DNA of 64,000 nucleotides from NCBI RefSeq assembly GCF_056746865.1, contig NZ_CM163382.1; one strand, 5' to 3'. Shown piece by piece: positions 14,850 to 27,893 of this stretch (position 1 is its first letter; each line of letters starts with the position of its first letter). The notes under the pieces were generated by a model. It saw only the letters and a program-made list of their open reading frames with translations, ran no database searches and was not told where the DNA came from. The position numbers and the translations under genes were made by a program.

Positions 14850-16994
14850 GTGTCCCGTATTATTATGCTGATCCCTACCGGAACCAGCGTCGGTCTGACT
14901 AGCGTCAGCCTTGGCGTGATCCGTGCAATGGAACGCAAAGGCGTTCGTCTGAGCGTTTTCAAACCTATCGCTCAGCCGCGTACCGGTGGCGATGCGCCCG
15001 ATCAGACTACGACTATCGTGCGTGCGAACTCTTCCACCACGACGGCCGCTGAACCGCTGAAAATGAGCTACGTTGAAGGTCTGCTTTCCAGCAATCAGAA
15101 AGATGTGCTGATGGAAGAGATCGTCGCGAACTACCACGCTAACACCAAAGACGCTGAAGTCGTTCTGGTTGAAGGTCTGGTCCCGACACGTAAACACCAG
15201 TTTGCCCAGTCTCTGAACTACGAAATCGCTAAAACGCTGAATGCGGAAATCGTCTTCGTTATGTCTCAGGGCACTGACACCCCGGAACAGCTGAAAGAGC
15301 GTATCGAACTGACCCGCAACAGCTTCGGCGGTGCCAAAAACACCAACATCACCGGCGTTATCGTTAACAAACTGAACGCACCGGTTGATGAACAGGGTCG
15401 TACTCGCCCGGATCTGTCCGAGATTTTCGACGACTCTTCCAAAGCTAAAGTAAACAATGTTGATCCGGCGAAGCTGCAAGAATCCAGCCCGCTTCCGGTT
15501 CTCGGCGCGGTGCCGTGGAGCTTTGACCTGATCGCGACTCGTGCGATCGATATGGCTCGCCACCTGAATGCGACCATCATCAACGAAGGCGACATCAATA
15601 CTCGCCGCGTTAAATCCGTCACTTTCTGCGCACGCAGCATTCCGCACATGCTGGAGCACTTCCGTGCCGGTTCTCTGCTGGTGACTTCCGCAGACCGTCC
15701 TGACGTGCTGGTTGCCGCTTGCCTGGCTGCCATGAACGGCGTAGAAATCGGTGCCCTGCTGCTGACTGGCGGCTACGAAATGGACGCGCGCATTTCTAAA
15801 CTGTGCGAACGTGCTTTCGCTACCGGCCTGCCGGTATTTATGGTGAACACCAACACCTGGCAGACTTCTCTGAGCCTGCAGAGCTTCAACCTGGAAGTTC
15901 CGGTTGACGATCACGAGCGTATCGAGAAAGTTCAGGAATACGTTGCTAACTACATCAACGCTGACTGGATCGATTCTCTGACTGCCACTTCTGAGCGCAG
16001 CCGTCGTCTGTCTCCGCCAGCGTTCCGTTATCAGCTGACTGAACTTGCGCGCAAAGCGGGCAAACGTATCGTTCTGCCGGAAGGTGACGAACCGCGTACC
16101 GTTAAAGCAGCCGCTATCTGTGCTGAACGTGGTATCGCAACTTGCGTACTGCTGGGTAATCCGGCAGAGATCAACCGTGTTGCAGCGTCTCAGGGTGTAG
16201 AACTGGGTGCAGGCATTGAAATCGTTGATCCAGAAGTGGTTCGCGAAAGCTATGTTGGTCGTCTGGTCGAACTGCGTAAGAACAAAGGCATGACCGAAAC
16301 CGTTGCCCGCGAACAGCTGGAAGACAACGTGGTTCTCGGTACGCTGATGCTGGAACAGGATGAAGTTGATGGTCTGGTTTCCGGTGCTGTTCACACCACC
16401 GCAAACACCATCCGTCCGCCGCTGCAGCTGATCAAAACGGCTCCGGGCAGCTCCCTGGTATCTTCCGTGTTCTTCATGCTGCTGCCGGAACAGGTTTACG
16501 TTTACGGTGACTGTGCGATCAACCCGGATCCGACCGCAGAACAGCTGGCAGAAATCGCGATTCAGTCCGCAGATTCCGCTGCGGCCTTCGGTATCGAACC
16601 GCGCGTTGCTATGCTCTCCTACTCCACCGGGACTTCTGGTGCTGGTAGCGACGTAGAAAAAGTTCGCGAAGCAACTCGTCTGGCGCAGGAAAAACGTCCT
16701 GACCTGATGATCGACGGTCCGCTGCAGTACGACGCTGCGGTAATGGCTGACGTTGCGAAATCCAAAGCGCCGAACTCTCCGGTTGCAGGTCGCGCTACCG
16801 TGTTCATCTTCCCGGATCTGAACACCGGTAACACCACCTACAAAGCGGTACAGCGTTCTGCCGACCTGATCTCCATCGGGCCGATGCTGCAGGGTATGCG
16901 CAAGCCGGTTAACGACCTGTCCCGTGGCGCACTGGTTGACGATATCGTCTACACCATCGCGCTGACTGCGATTCAGTCTGCACAGCAGCAGTAA
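14850..16994 (+). CDS. pta: Phosphate acetyltransferase
   Basis: 714-aa ORF starting at GTG ([31 protein letters not shown]...); 74 nt downstream of ackA. Confidence 0.97.
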   Translation: MSRIIMLIPTGTSVGLTSVSLGVIRAMERKGVRLSVFKPIAQPRTGGDAPDQTTTIVRANSSTTTAAEPLKMSYVEGLLSSNQKDVLMEEIVANYHANTKDAEVVLVEGLVPTRKHQFAQSLNYEIAKTLNAEIVFVMSQGTDTPEQLKERIELTRNSFGGAKNTNITGVIVNKLNAPVDEQGRTRPDLSEIFDDSSKAKVNNVDPAKLQESSPLPVLGAVPWSFDLIATRAIDMARHLNATIINEGDINTRRVKSVTFCARSIPHMLEHFRAGSLLVTSADRPDVLVAACLAAMNGVEIGALLLTGGYEMDARISKLCERAFATGLPVFMVNTNTWQTSLSLQSFNLEVPVDDHERIEKVQEYVANYINADWIDSLTATSERSRRLSPPAFRYQLTELARKAGKRIVLPEGDEPRTVKAAAICAERGIATCVLLGNPAEINRVAASQGVELGAGIEIVDPEVVRESYVGRLVELRKNKGMTETVAREQLEDNVVLGTLMLEQDEVDGLVSGAVHTTANTIRPPLQLIKTAPGSSLVSSVFFMLLPEQVYVYGDCAINPDPTAEQLAEIAIQSADSAAAFGIEPRVAMLSYSTGTSGAGSDVEKVREATRLAQEKRPDLMIDGPLQYDAAVMADVAKSKAPNSPVAGRATVFIFPDLNTGNTTYKAVQRSADLISIGPMLQGMRKPVNDLSRGALVDDIVYTIALTAIQSAQQQ

Positions 16995-17034
16995 TCTCGT
17001 CATCATCCGCAGCTTTGCGCTGCGGATATCGGAA

Positions 17035-17066
17035 CCGGAAATAGTGACTATTTCCGGTTTTTTATT
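17035..17066 (+). terminator. Intrinsic terminator after pta
   Basis: ccggaaatagtgactatttccgg hairpin followed by tttttt; a second hairpin ccgcagctttgcgctgcgg lies just upstream. Confidence 0.75.
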
Positions 17067-17183
17067 CTCTTAATTTGCATTAATCCTTTCTGATTATCTT
17101 GCTTAACTGCGCTGCATCAATGAATTGCGCCATCTCACTTTGCATACTTACCACTTTGTTTTGTGCAAGGGAATATTTGCGCT

Positions 17184-18704
17184 ATGTCCGCAATCACTGA
17201 ATCCAAACCAACCAGAAGATGGGCAATGCCCGATACGTTGGTGATTATCTTTTTTGTTGCCATTTTAACCAGTCTTGCCACCTGGGTAGTTCCGGTGGGC
17301 ATGTTTGACAGTCAGGAAGTGCAGTATCAGGTTGATGGTCAAACAAAAACACGAAAAGTCGTAGATCCACACTCATTTCGCATTCTGACTAACGAAGCAG
17401 GCGAACCTGAGTATCACCGCGTACAGCTGTTTACGACGGGCGATGAACGCCCGGGCCTGATGAACTTCCCGTTTGAAGGGTTAACCTCAGGATCGAAATA
17501 CGGGACAGCCGTTGGCATCATCATGTTTATGCTGGTGATTGGCGGCGCGTTTGGCATTGTGATGCGAACAGGAACCATTGATAACGGTATTCTGGCGCTT
17601 ATTCGCCATACCCGCGGAAATGAAATTCTCTTTATTCCTGCGCTGTTTATTCTGTTTTCACTTGGCGGCGCGGTATTTGGTATGGGAGAAGAGGCCGTCG
17701 CCTTTGCCATTATCATCGCACCGCTAATGGTCCGGCTGGGCTATGACAGTATTACCACCGTCCTGGTGACCTATATTGCCACGCAAATCGGTTTTGCCAG
17801 TTCGTGGATGAACCCGTTTTGTGTGGTCGTTGCTCAGGGGATTGCCGGCGTTCCGGTGCTTTCTGGCTCCGGATTGCGCATCGTGGTGTGGGTTATCGCC
17901 ACTCTGATTGGCCTGATCTTTACCATGGTGTACGCCTCACGAGTGAAAAAGAATCCTCTTCTGTCACGCGTGCATGAGTCCGACCGCTTCTTTCGTGAAA
18001 AGCAGGCGGATGTTGAACAACGTCCGTTTACCTTTGGTGACTGGCTGGTATTGATTGTCCTGACCGCCGTAATGGTCTGGGTGATTTGGGGCGTGATCGT
18101 TAATGCCTGGTTTATTCCAGAAATTGCCAGCCAGTTCTTCACCATGGGTCTGGTGATTGGCATCATCGGCGTTGTTTTCCGCCTTAACGGCATGACGGTT
18201 AATACCATGGCTTCATCCTTTACCGAAGGGGCGCGAATGATGATCGCCCCTGCCCTGCTGGTGGGTTTCGCCAAAGGGATTTTGCTGCTGGTCGGTAATG
18301 GTGAAGCGGGTGATGCCAGCGTGTTAAATACCATCCTCAACAGCATTGCCAATGCCATTAGCGGTCTGGACAATGCGGTCGCGGCCTGGTTTATGTTGCT
18401 CTTCCAGGCAGTATTTAATTTCTTCGTGACGTCCGGTTCTGGTCAGGCGGCGTTAACCATGCCGTTACTGGCACCGCTTGGCGATCTGGTCGGTGTTAAC
18501 CGTCAGGTTACCGTGCTGGCGTTCCAGTTTGGTGATGGCTTCAGCCACATCATTTACCCGACCTCAGCTTCGTTAATGGCGACGCTCGGTGTGTGCCGGG
18601 TGGACTTCCGTAACTGGCTGAAGGTGGGCGCGACCCTGCTTGGACTGCTGTTTATTATGTCCAGCGTCGTAGTGATCGGCGCTCAGTTGATGGGCTACCA
18701 CTAA
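17184..18704 (+). CDS. yfcC: Putative inner-membrane transporter YfcC
   Basis: Polytopic membrane ORF MSAITESKPTRRWAMPDTLVIIFFVAILTSLATW...; I chose the internal ATG (506 aa); the longest ORF starts at 17163. Confidence 0.85.
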   Translation: MSAITESKPTRRWAMPDTLVIIFFVAILTSLATWVVPVGMFDSQEVQYQVDGQTKTRKVVDPHSFRILTNEAGEPEYHRVQLFTTGDERPGLMNFPFEGLTSGSKYGTAVGIIMFMLVIGGAFGIVMRTGTIDNGILALIRHTRGNEILFIPALFILFSLGGAVFGMGEEAVAFAIIIAPLMVRLGYDSITTVLVTYIATQIGFASSWMNPFCVVVAQGIAGVPVLSGSGLRIVVWVIATLIGLIFTMVYASRVKKNPLLSRVHESDRFFREKQADVEQRPFTFGDWLVLIVLTAVMVWVIWGVIVNAWFIPEIASQFFTMGLVIGIIGVVFRLNGMTVNTMASSFTEGARMMIAPALLVGFAKGILLLVGNGEAGDASVLNTILNSIANAISGLDNAVAAWFMLLFQAVFNFFVTSGSGQAALTMPLLAPLGDLVGVNRQVTVLAFQFGDGFSHIIYPTSASLMATLGVCRVDFRNWLKVGATLLGLLFIMSSVVVIGAQLMGYH

Positions 18705-18708
18705 AAAT

Positions 18709-18737
18709 GTTAAGAGCCGCAATTGCGGCTCTTTTTT
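18709..18737. terminator. Bidirectional intrinsic terminator shared by convergent yfcC and yfcD
   Basis: agagccgcaattgcggctct hairpin with an A-run on the 5' side and tttttt on the 3' side. Confidence 0.75.
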
Positions 18738-19279
18738 CATTCTGCCGTTTCAGTCTCTACGGCTTCATTTTTGGCATTGCGCTTCATCCACAACGCCAGC
18801 GCTTTCAGCGAGTCTGGAGTGAACTCATCGCAGCGTGCGGTGATTTCTTCCGGCGTCAGCCAGCAAACTTCACTGACTTCATCTTCCTGTAGGGCGAAGG
18901 GACCGTGAGAGACGCAACTGAACAACGCGCCCCAGACACGGCAATTTTTATCTTCGAAATAGAACTGCCCGTGCTCGGCAAAGGGGACACCGGCAATGCC
19001 CAACTCTTCTTCCGCTTCGCGACGCGCGGATTCCAGCAGTTGCTCATCGGCCTGGACCACACCGCCTGCGGTCGCATCTAACATGCCGGGTAAAAAGTCT
19101 TTTGTCTCGGTACGACGCTGGACCAGAATTTTGCCCATGCCATCATGCACGACGATGTAAGTTGCACGATGACGCAGACACTGTGCCCGCATTTGTTCCC
19201 GGCTGGCTTGTGCAATGACTTCGTTCTCTTCATTGACAATATCCACCCATTCAGTACTTGCCAAACGACGCTGTTCCAT
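18737..19279 (-). CDS. yfcD: NUDIX hydrolase
   Basis: 180-aa ORF with Nudix box ([24 protein letters not shown]). Confidence 0.9.
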
Positions 19280-19336
19280 TATCAGGAAACCTTCTTTTTC
19301 TGGCGCTCTTACGGCGCATTTTGAGTTGTGGGTAAA

Positions 19337-19891
19337 TTACGGATTAATCGCGACCTGCGCAATGATACTTTGATCATTGAGTGCGATTACACTAAGTACG
19401 TCATTATCCAGCATGCCATAACTCGCCGGATTACCGCCTTTAGGAATACTCACCGAGCCGGGGTTGAAGTGGAAAATCTCCCCCCGCTGTTCTGCCACTG
19501 GCAGATGGGTATGACCGTACACCAGCACATCGTTCTGGTTTAAAGCAGGTAGGTTTTCCGGGCCAAAAAGATGACCATGCGTCAAAAACAGACGTTGTTT
19601 TTCCAGTAATACCTGTTGCCACGGCGCGGTTATCGGGAAATGCAAAAGCATTTGATCCACTTCGCTGTCGCAGTTGCCGCGCACAGCGATAACCTTATGT
19701 GCCACTTCATTAAGCCGTTCAGCGACTTTGGCTGGCGCGTAACCCTCCGGTAAAGCATTACGCGGGCCGTGATTCAACACGTCGCCAAGGATCACCAGCC
19801 ACTGGGCACCGCTTTGGGCAAACAACTCCAGAACACGTTCCGTCGCCGGTAACGACCCATGAATGTCCGATGCAAACATCAGTTTCATCAC
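19337..19891 (-). CDS. yfcE: Metallophosphoesterase / phosphodiesterase
   Basis: 184-aa ORF MKLMFASDIHGS...GDVLNHGPRN...GHTH, calcineurin-like phosphoesterase motifs. Confidence 0.9.
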   Translation of the reverse strand: MMKLMFASDIHGSLPATERVLELFAQSGAQWLVILGDVLNHGPRNALPEGYAPAKVAERLNEVAHKVIAVRGNCDSEVDQMLLHFPITAPWQQVLLEKQRLFLTHGHLFGPENLPALNQNDVLVYGHTHLPVAEQRGEIFHFNPGSVSIPKGGNPASYGMLDNDVLSVIALNDQSIIAQVAINP

Positions 19892-19894
19892 TCA

Positions 19895-21371
<1,477 letters not shown>

Positions 21372-21427
21372 CAGAAACAGGTTCTCGTGTATTATTTCAT
21401 TCTAAGTAAAACAACGGAGAACCTGCA

Positions 21428-21790
21428 ATGGCACAACCTGCCGCTATTATTCGTATAAAGAACCTTCGTTTACGTACGTTTATCGGAATTAAGGAAGAAG
21501 AAATTAACAACCGTCAGGATATTGTTATCAATGTGACGATCCACTACCCCGCCGATAAAGCGCGCACTAGCGAAGATATCAACGATGCGCTGAATTATCG
21601 CACCGTAACGAAAAACATTATTCAGCATGTAGAGAATAACCGTTTCTCTTTGCTGGAAAAATTAACTCAGGATGTGCTCGATATCGCACGTGAACATCAC
21701 TGGGTGACGTATGCTGAAGTGGAGATCGATAAACTGCACGCGCTGCGCTACGCTGATTCGGTATCCATGACCTTAAGCTGGCAGCGTTAA
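21428..21790 (+). CDS. folX: Dihydroneopterin triphosphate 2'-epimerase
   Basis: 120-aa [39 protein letters not shown]..., FolB/FolX fold. Confidence 0.92.
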
Positions 21791-21810
21791 CCGCCATATC
21801 GGGAGGCTGC

Positions 21811-22704
21811 ATGAACATAGTGATCACCGGAGGGACGGGATTAATTGGTCGCCATTTGATTCCACGTTTGCTGGAGCTGGGCCATCAAATCACGGTAATG
21901 ACGCGTAACCCGCAGAAAGCCAGTTCTGTTCTCGGCCCTCGGGTGACACTATGGCAAGGGCTTGCCGATCAAAGCAACCTCAACGGCGTTGATGCGGTAA
22001 TCAACCTGGCCGGAGAACCGATTGCTGATAAACGCTGGACTCACGAGCAAAAAGAGCGTCTCTGCCAAAGCCGCTGGAATATCACGCAAAAACTGGTCGA
22101 TTTGATTAATGCCAGCGACACGCCACCGTCGGTACTCATTTCCGGCTCGGCAACAGGCTATTATGGCGACTTAGGTGAAGTGGTGGTTACCGAAGAGGAA
22201 CCGCCGCATAACGAATTTACCCATAAACTCTGCGCCCGCTGGGAAGAAATTGCCTGCCGGGCGCAAAGTGACAAAACGCGAGTGTGCCTGCTGCGTACCG
22301 GTGTAGTGCTGGCACCGGATGGCGGTATTCTCGGTAAAATGCTGCCGCCGTTTCGTCTTGGCCTGGGCGGGCCGATTGGCTCTAGTCGGCAGTATCTGGC
22401 CTGGATTCATATTGATGATATGGTCAACGGTATTCTCTGGCTGCTGGATAACGAGCTGCGCGGGCCATTTAATATGGTTTCGCCCTACCCGGTACGCAAT
22501 GAACAATTTGCCCATGCGCTCGGTCATGCGCTGCATCGCCCGGCCATTTTGCGCGTCCCCGCGACCGTCATTCGACTGTTAATGGGCGAATCTTCAGTAC
22601 TGGTATTAGGTGGACAACGCGCGCTGCCTAAACGGCTGGAAGAAGCGGGTTTTGCGTTTCGCTGGTACGATTTAGAAGAGGCGCTGGCGGATGTCGTTCG
22701 CTGA
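21811..22704 (+). CDS. yfcH: NAD-dependent epimerase/dehydratase family protein (SDR-like)
   Basis: 297-aa ORF with N-terminal Rossmann motif [12 protein letters not shown]. Confidence 0.9.
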   Translation: MNIVITGGTGLIGRHLIPRLLELGHQITVMTRNPQKASSVLGPRVTLWQGLADQSNLNGVDAVINLAGEPIADKRWTHEQKERLCQSRWNITQKLVDLINASDTPPSVLISGSATGYYGDLGEVVVTEEEPPHNEFTHKLCARWEEIACRAQSDKTRVCLLRTGVVLAPDGGILGKMLPPFRLGLGGPIGSSRQYLAWIHIDDMVNGILWLLDNELRGPFNMVSPYPVRNEQFAHALGHALHRPAILRVPATVIRLLMGESSVLVLGGQRALPKRLEEAGFAFRWYDLEEALADVVR

Positions 22705-22751
22705 TGTGGTTTACAGCAAACATCCGCCAGTTAACTCCCGGTGTTACAGGA

Positions 22752-23642
22752 TTAGTGGCTTTGCGCGATAAGATCGTCTGGTGAAAGTCGGGTCACCATC
22801 ATAACTAACTCTCTGTCTAAACCTCTATCCAGCATCTCCTGAGCAATACGCAGGGCTTCTTCGTGTTTGCCCTGCATTGCGCCTTCTTCACGTAATCTGT
22901 CAGCAATGGTCATCAGTTTCTCCTTTTCTTGTGGTGCGCGTTCCGCTATCTCACCAATAAATGCACGAAAACGCTGGGCATCCCCTGTTTGTAATACGTA
23001 ATTAAACAGGGCTTTTAGCTGTCTGTCATTAGTGTTCCCTGTAACTAGCAGCGAAACAATTTGGTCGACTAATCCCAACAGATCGCGCTGACGAATATGT
23101 TTCTGAATTAACTCCAACAGCGCCATTTTGCGGTGTTGCATAATCTCGTCATCCGGCACCACGGTAATATCCACCAACGGAAACGCTGATGAATATATTT
23201 TGCGGGCTATAGCAGGCTCGGCAAATTCATCAAGCCAGCAGAGTGAATAAGGATAAGGACTTCTGCAACCATGATAAAACAGCATCGGGATCACCAATGG
23301 AAGCTCTTTATAGCCCGCATCAAGATGGTTTTGCATTGCCGCAATGGAATAACGCATCATGCGAAAAGCCATTAATTCTTCCGGCTTACTTTGGTGCTCT
23401 ATCACTACATAAATATAACCCACTCCCTCCTGCGTTTTCACAGACCACAAGAGGTCGGAATAATATTGCCGCAGGTCGTCATCAATAAAACTGTTTGGTT
23501 CCAGTTTAAGCGTCGTTAAATCACACAGTTTGCGCAGCGGCGCGGGAAGATGAATATCAATAAAATCCCGCGCGGTGTCTGGATGGCGTAAAAAAGATTT
23601 AAATACCGCATCATGCGGCGTGGAAGTTGTCGATATTGTCAT
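22752..23642 (-). CDS. rpnB: Recombination-promoting nuclease RpnB (Rpn/YhgA-like, PD-(D/E)XK; transposase_31-related)
   Basis: 296-aa [36 protein letters not shown]...[10 protein letters not shown]...[10 protein letters not shown], characteristic of the Rpn family (formerly yfcI). Confidence 0.85.
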   Translation of the reverse strand: MTISTTSTPHDAVFKSFLRHPDTARDFIDIHLPAPLRKLCDLTTLKLEPNSFIDDDLRQYYSDLLWSVKTQEGVGYIYVVIEHQSKPEELMAFRMMRYSIAAMQNHLDAGYKELPLVIPMLFYHGCRSPYPYSLCWLDEFAEPAIARKIYSSAFPLVDITVVPDDEIMQHRKMALLELIQKHIRQRDLLGLVDQIVSLLVTGNTNDRQLKALFNYVLQTGDAQRFRAFIGEIAERAPQEKEKLMTIADRLREEGAMQGKHEEALRIAQEMLDRGLDRELVMMVTRLSPDDLIAQSH

Positions 23643-23837
23643 GGCGTTCCGTCACCCCTCAAATTTAAGATGACGCGACAATAACCACGATTTACACCCA
23701 ATGCAGCAGGCAGTTTTTATCTTTGGACAGCGAATTCAGAAGTATTTTTAGCGGACTGCAACTTTTACATTTCAGCGGAAGCGGACTCGCAAATTCCCCA
23801 TGAAATACTCCGGCAGCGTTAGCCACCGGAGAGGAAA

Positions 23838-24611
23838 TTATTTCAGCGAACCTTTAAGGAACTGTTGCAGACGAGGGCTTTGCGGGTTACCAAATAACTG
23901 TTCTGGCGCGCCCTCTTCTTCTATTTTCCCCTGATGGAGGAAAATGACGTGAGTAGAAACATGGCGAGCAAAGCCCATTTCGTGAGTCACTACCACCATG
24001 GTTTTCCCCTCTTCTGCCAATTGCTGCATAATACGTAACACTTCGCCTACCAGTTCAGGATCGAGCGCAGAGGTAGGTTCATCAAATAGTAAAACTTCCG
24101 GTTCCATTGCCAGCGCCCTTGCGATGGAAACACGCTGTTGCTGACCGCCGGAAAGATGCACCGGATATTTCCCCTGCGCACGTTCGTCTATCCCAACTTT
24201 TGCCAGATACTTCACCGCCCGCTCGCGCGCTTCCTGCTTGCTCAGGCCCAACACCTGAATCGGCGCTTCCATGACGTTTTCCAGCACCGTCATATGGCTC
24301 CAGAGATTGAAGTGCTGGAATACCATCGTCAGGCGTGTGCGCAGTAAGCGCAGCTGATTTTTATCGGCGACTTTGAGTTGACCGTCTTTGTCGCGCACCA
24401 GATTGATCGTCTGGCCGTTAACCACGATCGATCCTTCGCTCGGTTTTTCGAGGAAGTTAATGCAGCGCAGAAAGGTACTTTTCCCCGATCCCGACGATCC
24501 GATGATGCTTATGACATCTCCGGCATTCGCTTGCAGTGAGACCCCTTTCAGCACTTCGTGTTCGCCGTAGCGTTTGTGCAAATCGATAACGTTTAATTTA
24601 TTCTCGGACAT
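23838..24611 (-). CDS. hisP: Histidine/lysine/arginine/ornithine ABC transporter ATP-binding subunit
   Basis: 257-aa ORF with Walker A (GSSGSGKST), ABC signature (LSGGQQQR) and Walker B ([11 protein letters not shown]). Confidence 0.97.
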   Translation of the reverse strand: MSENKLNVIDLHKRYGEHEVLKGVSLQANAGDVISIIGSSGSGKSTFLRCINFLEKPSEGSIVVNGQTINLVRDKDGQLKVADKNQLRLLRTRLTMVFQHFNLWSHMTVLENVMEAPIQVLGLSKQEARERAVKYLAKVGIDERAQGKYPVHLSGGQQQRVSIARALAMEPEVLLFDEPTSALDPELVGEVLRIMQQLAEEGKTMVVVTHEMGFARHVSTHVIFLHQGKIEEEGAPEQLFGNPQSPRLQQFLKGSLK

Positions 24612-24618
24612 CGTATTC

Positions 24619-25335
24619 TCAGTGCGTTGAAGAAGGTTTCACATGCTGCAACCAGCGTTTTTCCGCTCTGCGAAAGAGGCTGATCAGGACATAAGAGATG
24701 ATTAAATAGAGCACCGCGGCAATGCCGAAGGCGGTAAAAGGTTGATACGTGGCGGCGTTAATATCGCGGGCTATTTTCAGCAGATCCGGCACAGTAGCGG
24801 TGAAAGCCAGCGCAGTAGAGTGCAGCATCAGGATCACTTCGTTGCTGTAGGCCGGTAACGCAATACGCAGCGCCGATGGCAAAATAATGCAGCGATACAT
24901 TTTAAAGGTCGAGAAGCCATAGGCTCTGGCGGCTTCGATTTCCCCATGCGGCACTGAACGGATCGCTCCGGCAAAAATCTCGGTAGTGTAAGCGCAGGTG
25001 TTGAGCGTCAGCGCCAGCACGGTACAGTTCAGGCCACTGCGAAAAAAGGCGTTAAGGAACTCGGTTCCCTTAACAATTTCCAGCGTGTACATGCCGGAAT
25101 AGAACACCAGCAACTGAACATACAGCGGCGTACCGCGAAAAATATAGGTAAATAACCAGATTGGAAACTGGATGTATTTATTACTTGAGACGCGACCAAT
25201 CGCCAGAAACAGCGCCATGACTCCGCCTATCACTACCGACAAAATCAGCAGCCACAAGGTGATCGCCACGCCAGTAAAGCGATAACCGTCAGTCCACAGC
25301 AGCGGTTTCCAGTATTCATGTAAGATTTCGATCAC
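24619..25335 (-). CDS. hisM: ABC transporter permease
   Basis: 238-aa polytopic membrane ORF; overlaps hisQ by 4 nt. Confidence 0.95.
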   Translation of the reverse strand: MIEILHEYWKPLLWTDGYRFTGVAITLWLLILSVVIGGVMALFLAIGRVSSNKYIQFPIWLFTYIFRGTPLYVQLLVFYSGMYTLEIVKGTEFLNAFFRSGLNCTVLALTLNTCAYTTEIFAGAIRSVPHGEIEAARAYGFSTFKMYRCIILPSALRIALPAYSNEVILMLHSTALAFTATVPDLLKIARDINAATYQPFTAFGIAAVLYLIISYVLISLFRRAEKRWLQHVKPSSTH

Positions 25336-26018
25336 AGGTCAGCCCTCTTCACACCCACGGAGTAGCGGCGCTCAAGGAACAGCAGCACACCATTGGAAAC
25401 GGTGGTGAAAACCAGGTAAATCACGCCACAAACGATGGCGAAATAGAACGGTTCCCAGGTACTTTTGCCTGCCAGCTGCGTGGCTTTGACCACATCTTCC
25501 AGGCCAAGTAACGAAACGAGTGCGGTAGATTTGAGGATCACCTGCCAGTTGTTGCCAATGCCTGGCAGGGCGTAACGCATCATCGCCGGAAACATGATCC
25601 GCCGAAACACTTGCCCACGAGTGAAACCGAACGCCGTCGCCGCCTCTATATGTCCTTTCGGCACTGCCATAAAAGCGCCACGGAACGTTTCGGTAAAATA
25701 AGCACCGTAGATAAAACCGAGAGTAATAATACCAGCGACCATCGGATCGATATCAATCTGCCCGACGCCCATCGCCTCCGTCACCGTGTTTAGTGCAATC
25801 TGCAAACCGTAGAAAATTAGCAGCATCAACACCAAGTCCGGCACGCCTCGAATCAGCGTGGTGTACCCTTCGAAAATCAGCCCCGAAAGCCGATTTTGCG
25901 AGAGCTTACCGCCAGCGCCAATTAAACCGATGATTACAGCGAGCACTACAGAGCTGATCGCCAGCTCCAGCGTGACGAGCGCACCCTGTAAAATAACACC
26001 TGAAAACCCATACAACAT
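25332..26018 (-). CDS. hisQ: ABC transporter permease
   Basis: 228-aa polytopic membrane ORF immediately 3' of hisJ. Confidence 0.95.
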   Translation of the reverse strand: MLYGFSGVILQGALVTLELAISSVVLAVIIGLIGAGGKLSQNRLSGLIFEGYTTLIRGVPDLVLMLLIFYGLQIALNTVTEAMGVGQIDIDPMVAGIITLGFIYGAYFTETFRGAFMAVPKGHIEAATAFGFTRGQVFRRIMFPAMMRYALPGIGNNWQVILKSTALVSLLGLEDVVKATQLAGKSTWEPFYFAIVCGVIYLVFTTVSNGVLLFLERRYSVGVKRADL

Positions 26019-26058
26019 GCTGCCTGTCCTGTCGTGTGTGGTGAATTACCGCCTCTTG

Positions 26059-26085
26059 TCTCCCTCCGGTTACCCGAAGGGAGCG
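26059..26085 (-). other. Intercistronic stem-loop between hisJ and hisQ
   Basis: Imperfect inverted repeat ctccctccgg-ttaccc-gaagggag in the 89-nt hisJ-hisQ spacer; the analogous Salmonella element is known to affect differential expression. Confidence 0.4.
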
Positions 26086-26107
26086 GGCTTTCTTTCACCG
26101 ATGGCGA

Positions 26108-26890
26108 TTAACCACCATAAACATCAAAATCGAAGTACTTTTTCGCTAATTTCTCGTAAGTACCGTCAGCGCGCATTTCGGCAAAGGCTTTGTTCAGTGC
26201 CTCGCGCAGTTCGTTATCTTCTTTACGCAGGCCCATGCCGGTCCCTACGCCAAACAGTTTTTCATCTTTAACAGACGGACCACCGAATTTGTAATCTTTA
26301 CCGACGGGTTGTTTGAGGAAACCTTCGCTGGCAGCGACCTCATCCTGGAACGCGGCATCAATACGTCCGGCAGTCAGGTCAGAATAAATGTTGTCCTGCC
26401 CCTGATACGAGACGATTTCAATGCCTTTTGGTGCCCAGTGTTCGTTACCGAACGTCTCCTGGGTGGTGCCCTGCAATACGCCTACCCGCTTGCCTTTCAG
26501 CGACTCGACTGTCGGCTGAATGTCAGAATTTTTCGCCACCACCAGACGAGAATCGGCAGCGTACAGTTTGTCGGTGAAGGCTATTTCTTGCTGACGTTTT
26601 TCCGTAATGGAAAGCGATGACATGATGGCGTCAATCTTCTTCGCTTTTAAGGACGGGATTAACGCATCCAGTGGGTTTTCGACAAACGTACATTGCGTAT
26701 TGATGCGTTTGCACAACTCCTTCGCCAGATCGATATCGAAGCCAACCAGTTCGCCTTGTGAATTTTTTGATTCAAATGGCGCATAGGTCGGGTCGGTACC
26801 GATGCGGATGTTTTGCGGAATCGCAGCAAACGCCACAGTTGCGCTGGAGAAGGCCAGAACCAGAGAGAGCGATAGCACCAGTTTTTTCAT
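26108..26890 (-). CDS. hisJ: Periplasmic histidine-binding protein
   Basis: 260-aa ORF with signal peptide [22 protein letters not shown] and a type-II periplasmic binding fold. Confidence 0.95.
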   Translation of the reverse strand: MKKLVLSLSLVLAFSSATVAFAAIPQNIRIGTDPTYAPFESKNSQGELVGFDIDLAKELCKRINTQCTFVENPLDALIPSLKAKKIDAIMSSLSITEKRQQEIAFTDKLYAADSRLVVAKNSDIQPTVESLKGKRVGVLQGTTQETFGNEHWAPKGIEIVSYQGQDNIYSDLTAGRIDAAFQDEVAASEGFLKQPVGKDYKFGGPSVKDEKLFGVGTGMGLRKEDNELREALNKAFAEMRADGTYEKLAKKYFDFDVYGG

Positions 26891-27110
26891 AATGTCCTCA
26901 ACTGACAGTCTTTTTATAGGGAATATTTACAGGTTTGTTACACTTATCGTGCCATAAAATTGACCATCAAGGCAAAATATCCCGCCCCGTTAGACGTATT
27001 ATTTTTCATTAAAAATGCTTAAGTATGCATTTCAATGCACCACGATAGTGCAACAAACCTGGCGTGCACCATGATGATCATTCCATCAGGTACAGCTTCC
27101 CTGCGACGTA
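26891..27110 (-). promoter_or_regulatory. hisJQMP promoter region (between argT and hisJ)
   Basis: 220-bp AT-rich intergenic region 5' of hisJ; specific sites not resolved. Confidence 0.45.
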
Positions 27111-27893
27111 TCAGTCACCGTAGACATTAAAGTCAAAATACTTTTTCGCCATCTTGTCGTAGGTGCCGTCCTGACGCAGCTCACCAAGCGCCTTATTGAA
27201 GGCAGCCGTCAGTTCAGCATCATCTTTACGTAGCCCTACACCGGTGCCGTCACCGAAGTATTTTTTGTCTTTCACTGATGAGCCAGCAAAGGCGAAATCT
27301 TTACCAGCAGGTTGCTTGAGGAATCCTTCACTGGCAGCAACTTCATCTTGTAACGCAGCATCCAGACGTCCTGCAGCCAGATCGGAATAAACCAAATCCT
27401 GGTTGGCATAGGCCACCACATCCACGCCTTTGCTACGCCAGGTCTCGTTAGCGTATGCTTCCTGGGTTGATCCCTGCAGCACACCAACATGTTTACCTTT
27501 CAGTGAATCCACCGTTGGCTGAATCGGTGAACCTTTGGCGGCAATCAAACGAGAATCTGCGGCGTACAACTTGTCGGAGAAAGCAATCTCCTGCTGACGT
27601 TTATCGGTAATGGAGAGCGACGAAATAATGGCGTCGATTTTTTTCGCTTTCAGTGAGGGGATCAGCGCGTCAAAGTCACTGGCAACCCAGGTACATTTCA
27701 CCTGCATCCGTTTGCACATCTCGTTACCGAGATCGATATCAAAGCCAACAAAGTCACCTTTGGCATCTTTCGATGAGAACGGCGCATAGGTGGTATCGGT
27801 TCCGATACGTACCGTCTCCGGTAGCGCCGCATAGCAGGAAGCCGCTGCGGAGAGACCGACTAACAAAGACAGAGCGAGAATCGACTTCTTCAT
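27111..27893 (-). CDS. argT: Periplasmic lysine/arginine/ornithine-binding protein
   Basis: 260-aa ORF, tandem paralogue of hisJ (same length, conserved blocks such as KKIDAI.SSLSIT..RQQEIAF). Confidence 0.95.
   Translation of the reverse strand: MKKSILALSLLVGLSAAASCYAALPETVRIGTDTTYAPFSSKDAKGDFVGFDIDLGNEMCKRMQVKCTWVASDFDALIPSLKAKKIDAIISSLSITDKRQQEIAFSDKLYAADSRLIAAKGSPIQPTVDSLKGKHVGVLQGSTQEAYANETWRSKGVDVVAYANQDLVYSDLAAGRLDAALQDEVAASEGFLKQPAGKDFAFAGSSVKDKKYFGDGTGVGLRKDDAELTAAFNKALGELRQDGTYDKMAKKYFDFNVYGD

Noticed and set aside
14778-17006. 742-aa minus-strand ORF covering all of pta
   Set aside because: It is entirely antisense to a well-supported highly expressed gene, has non-protein-like amino-acid composition and no recognisable motifs; most likely a codon-bias shadow ORF.
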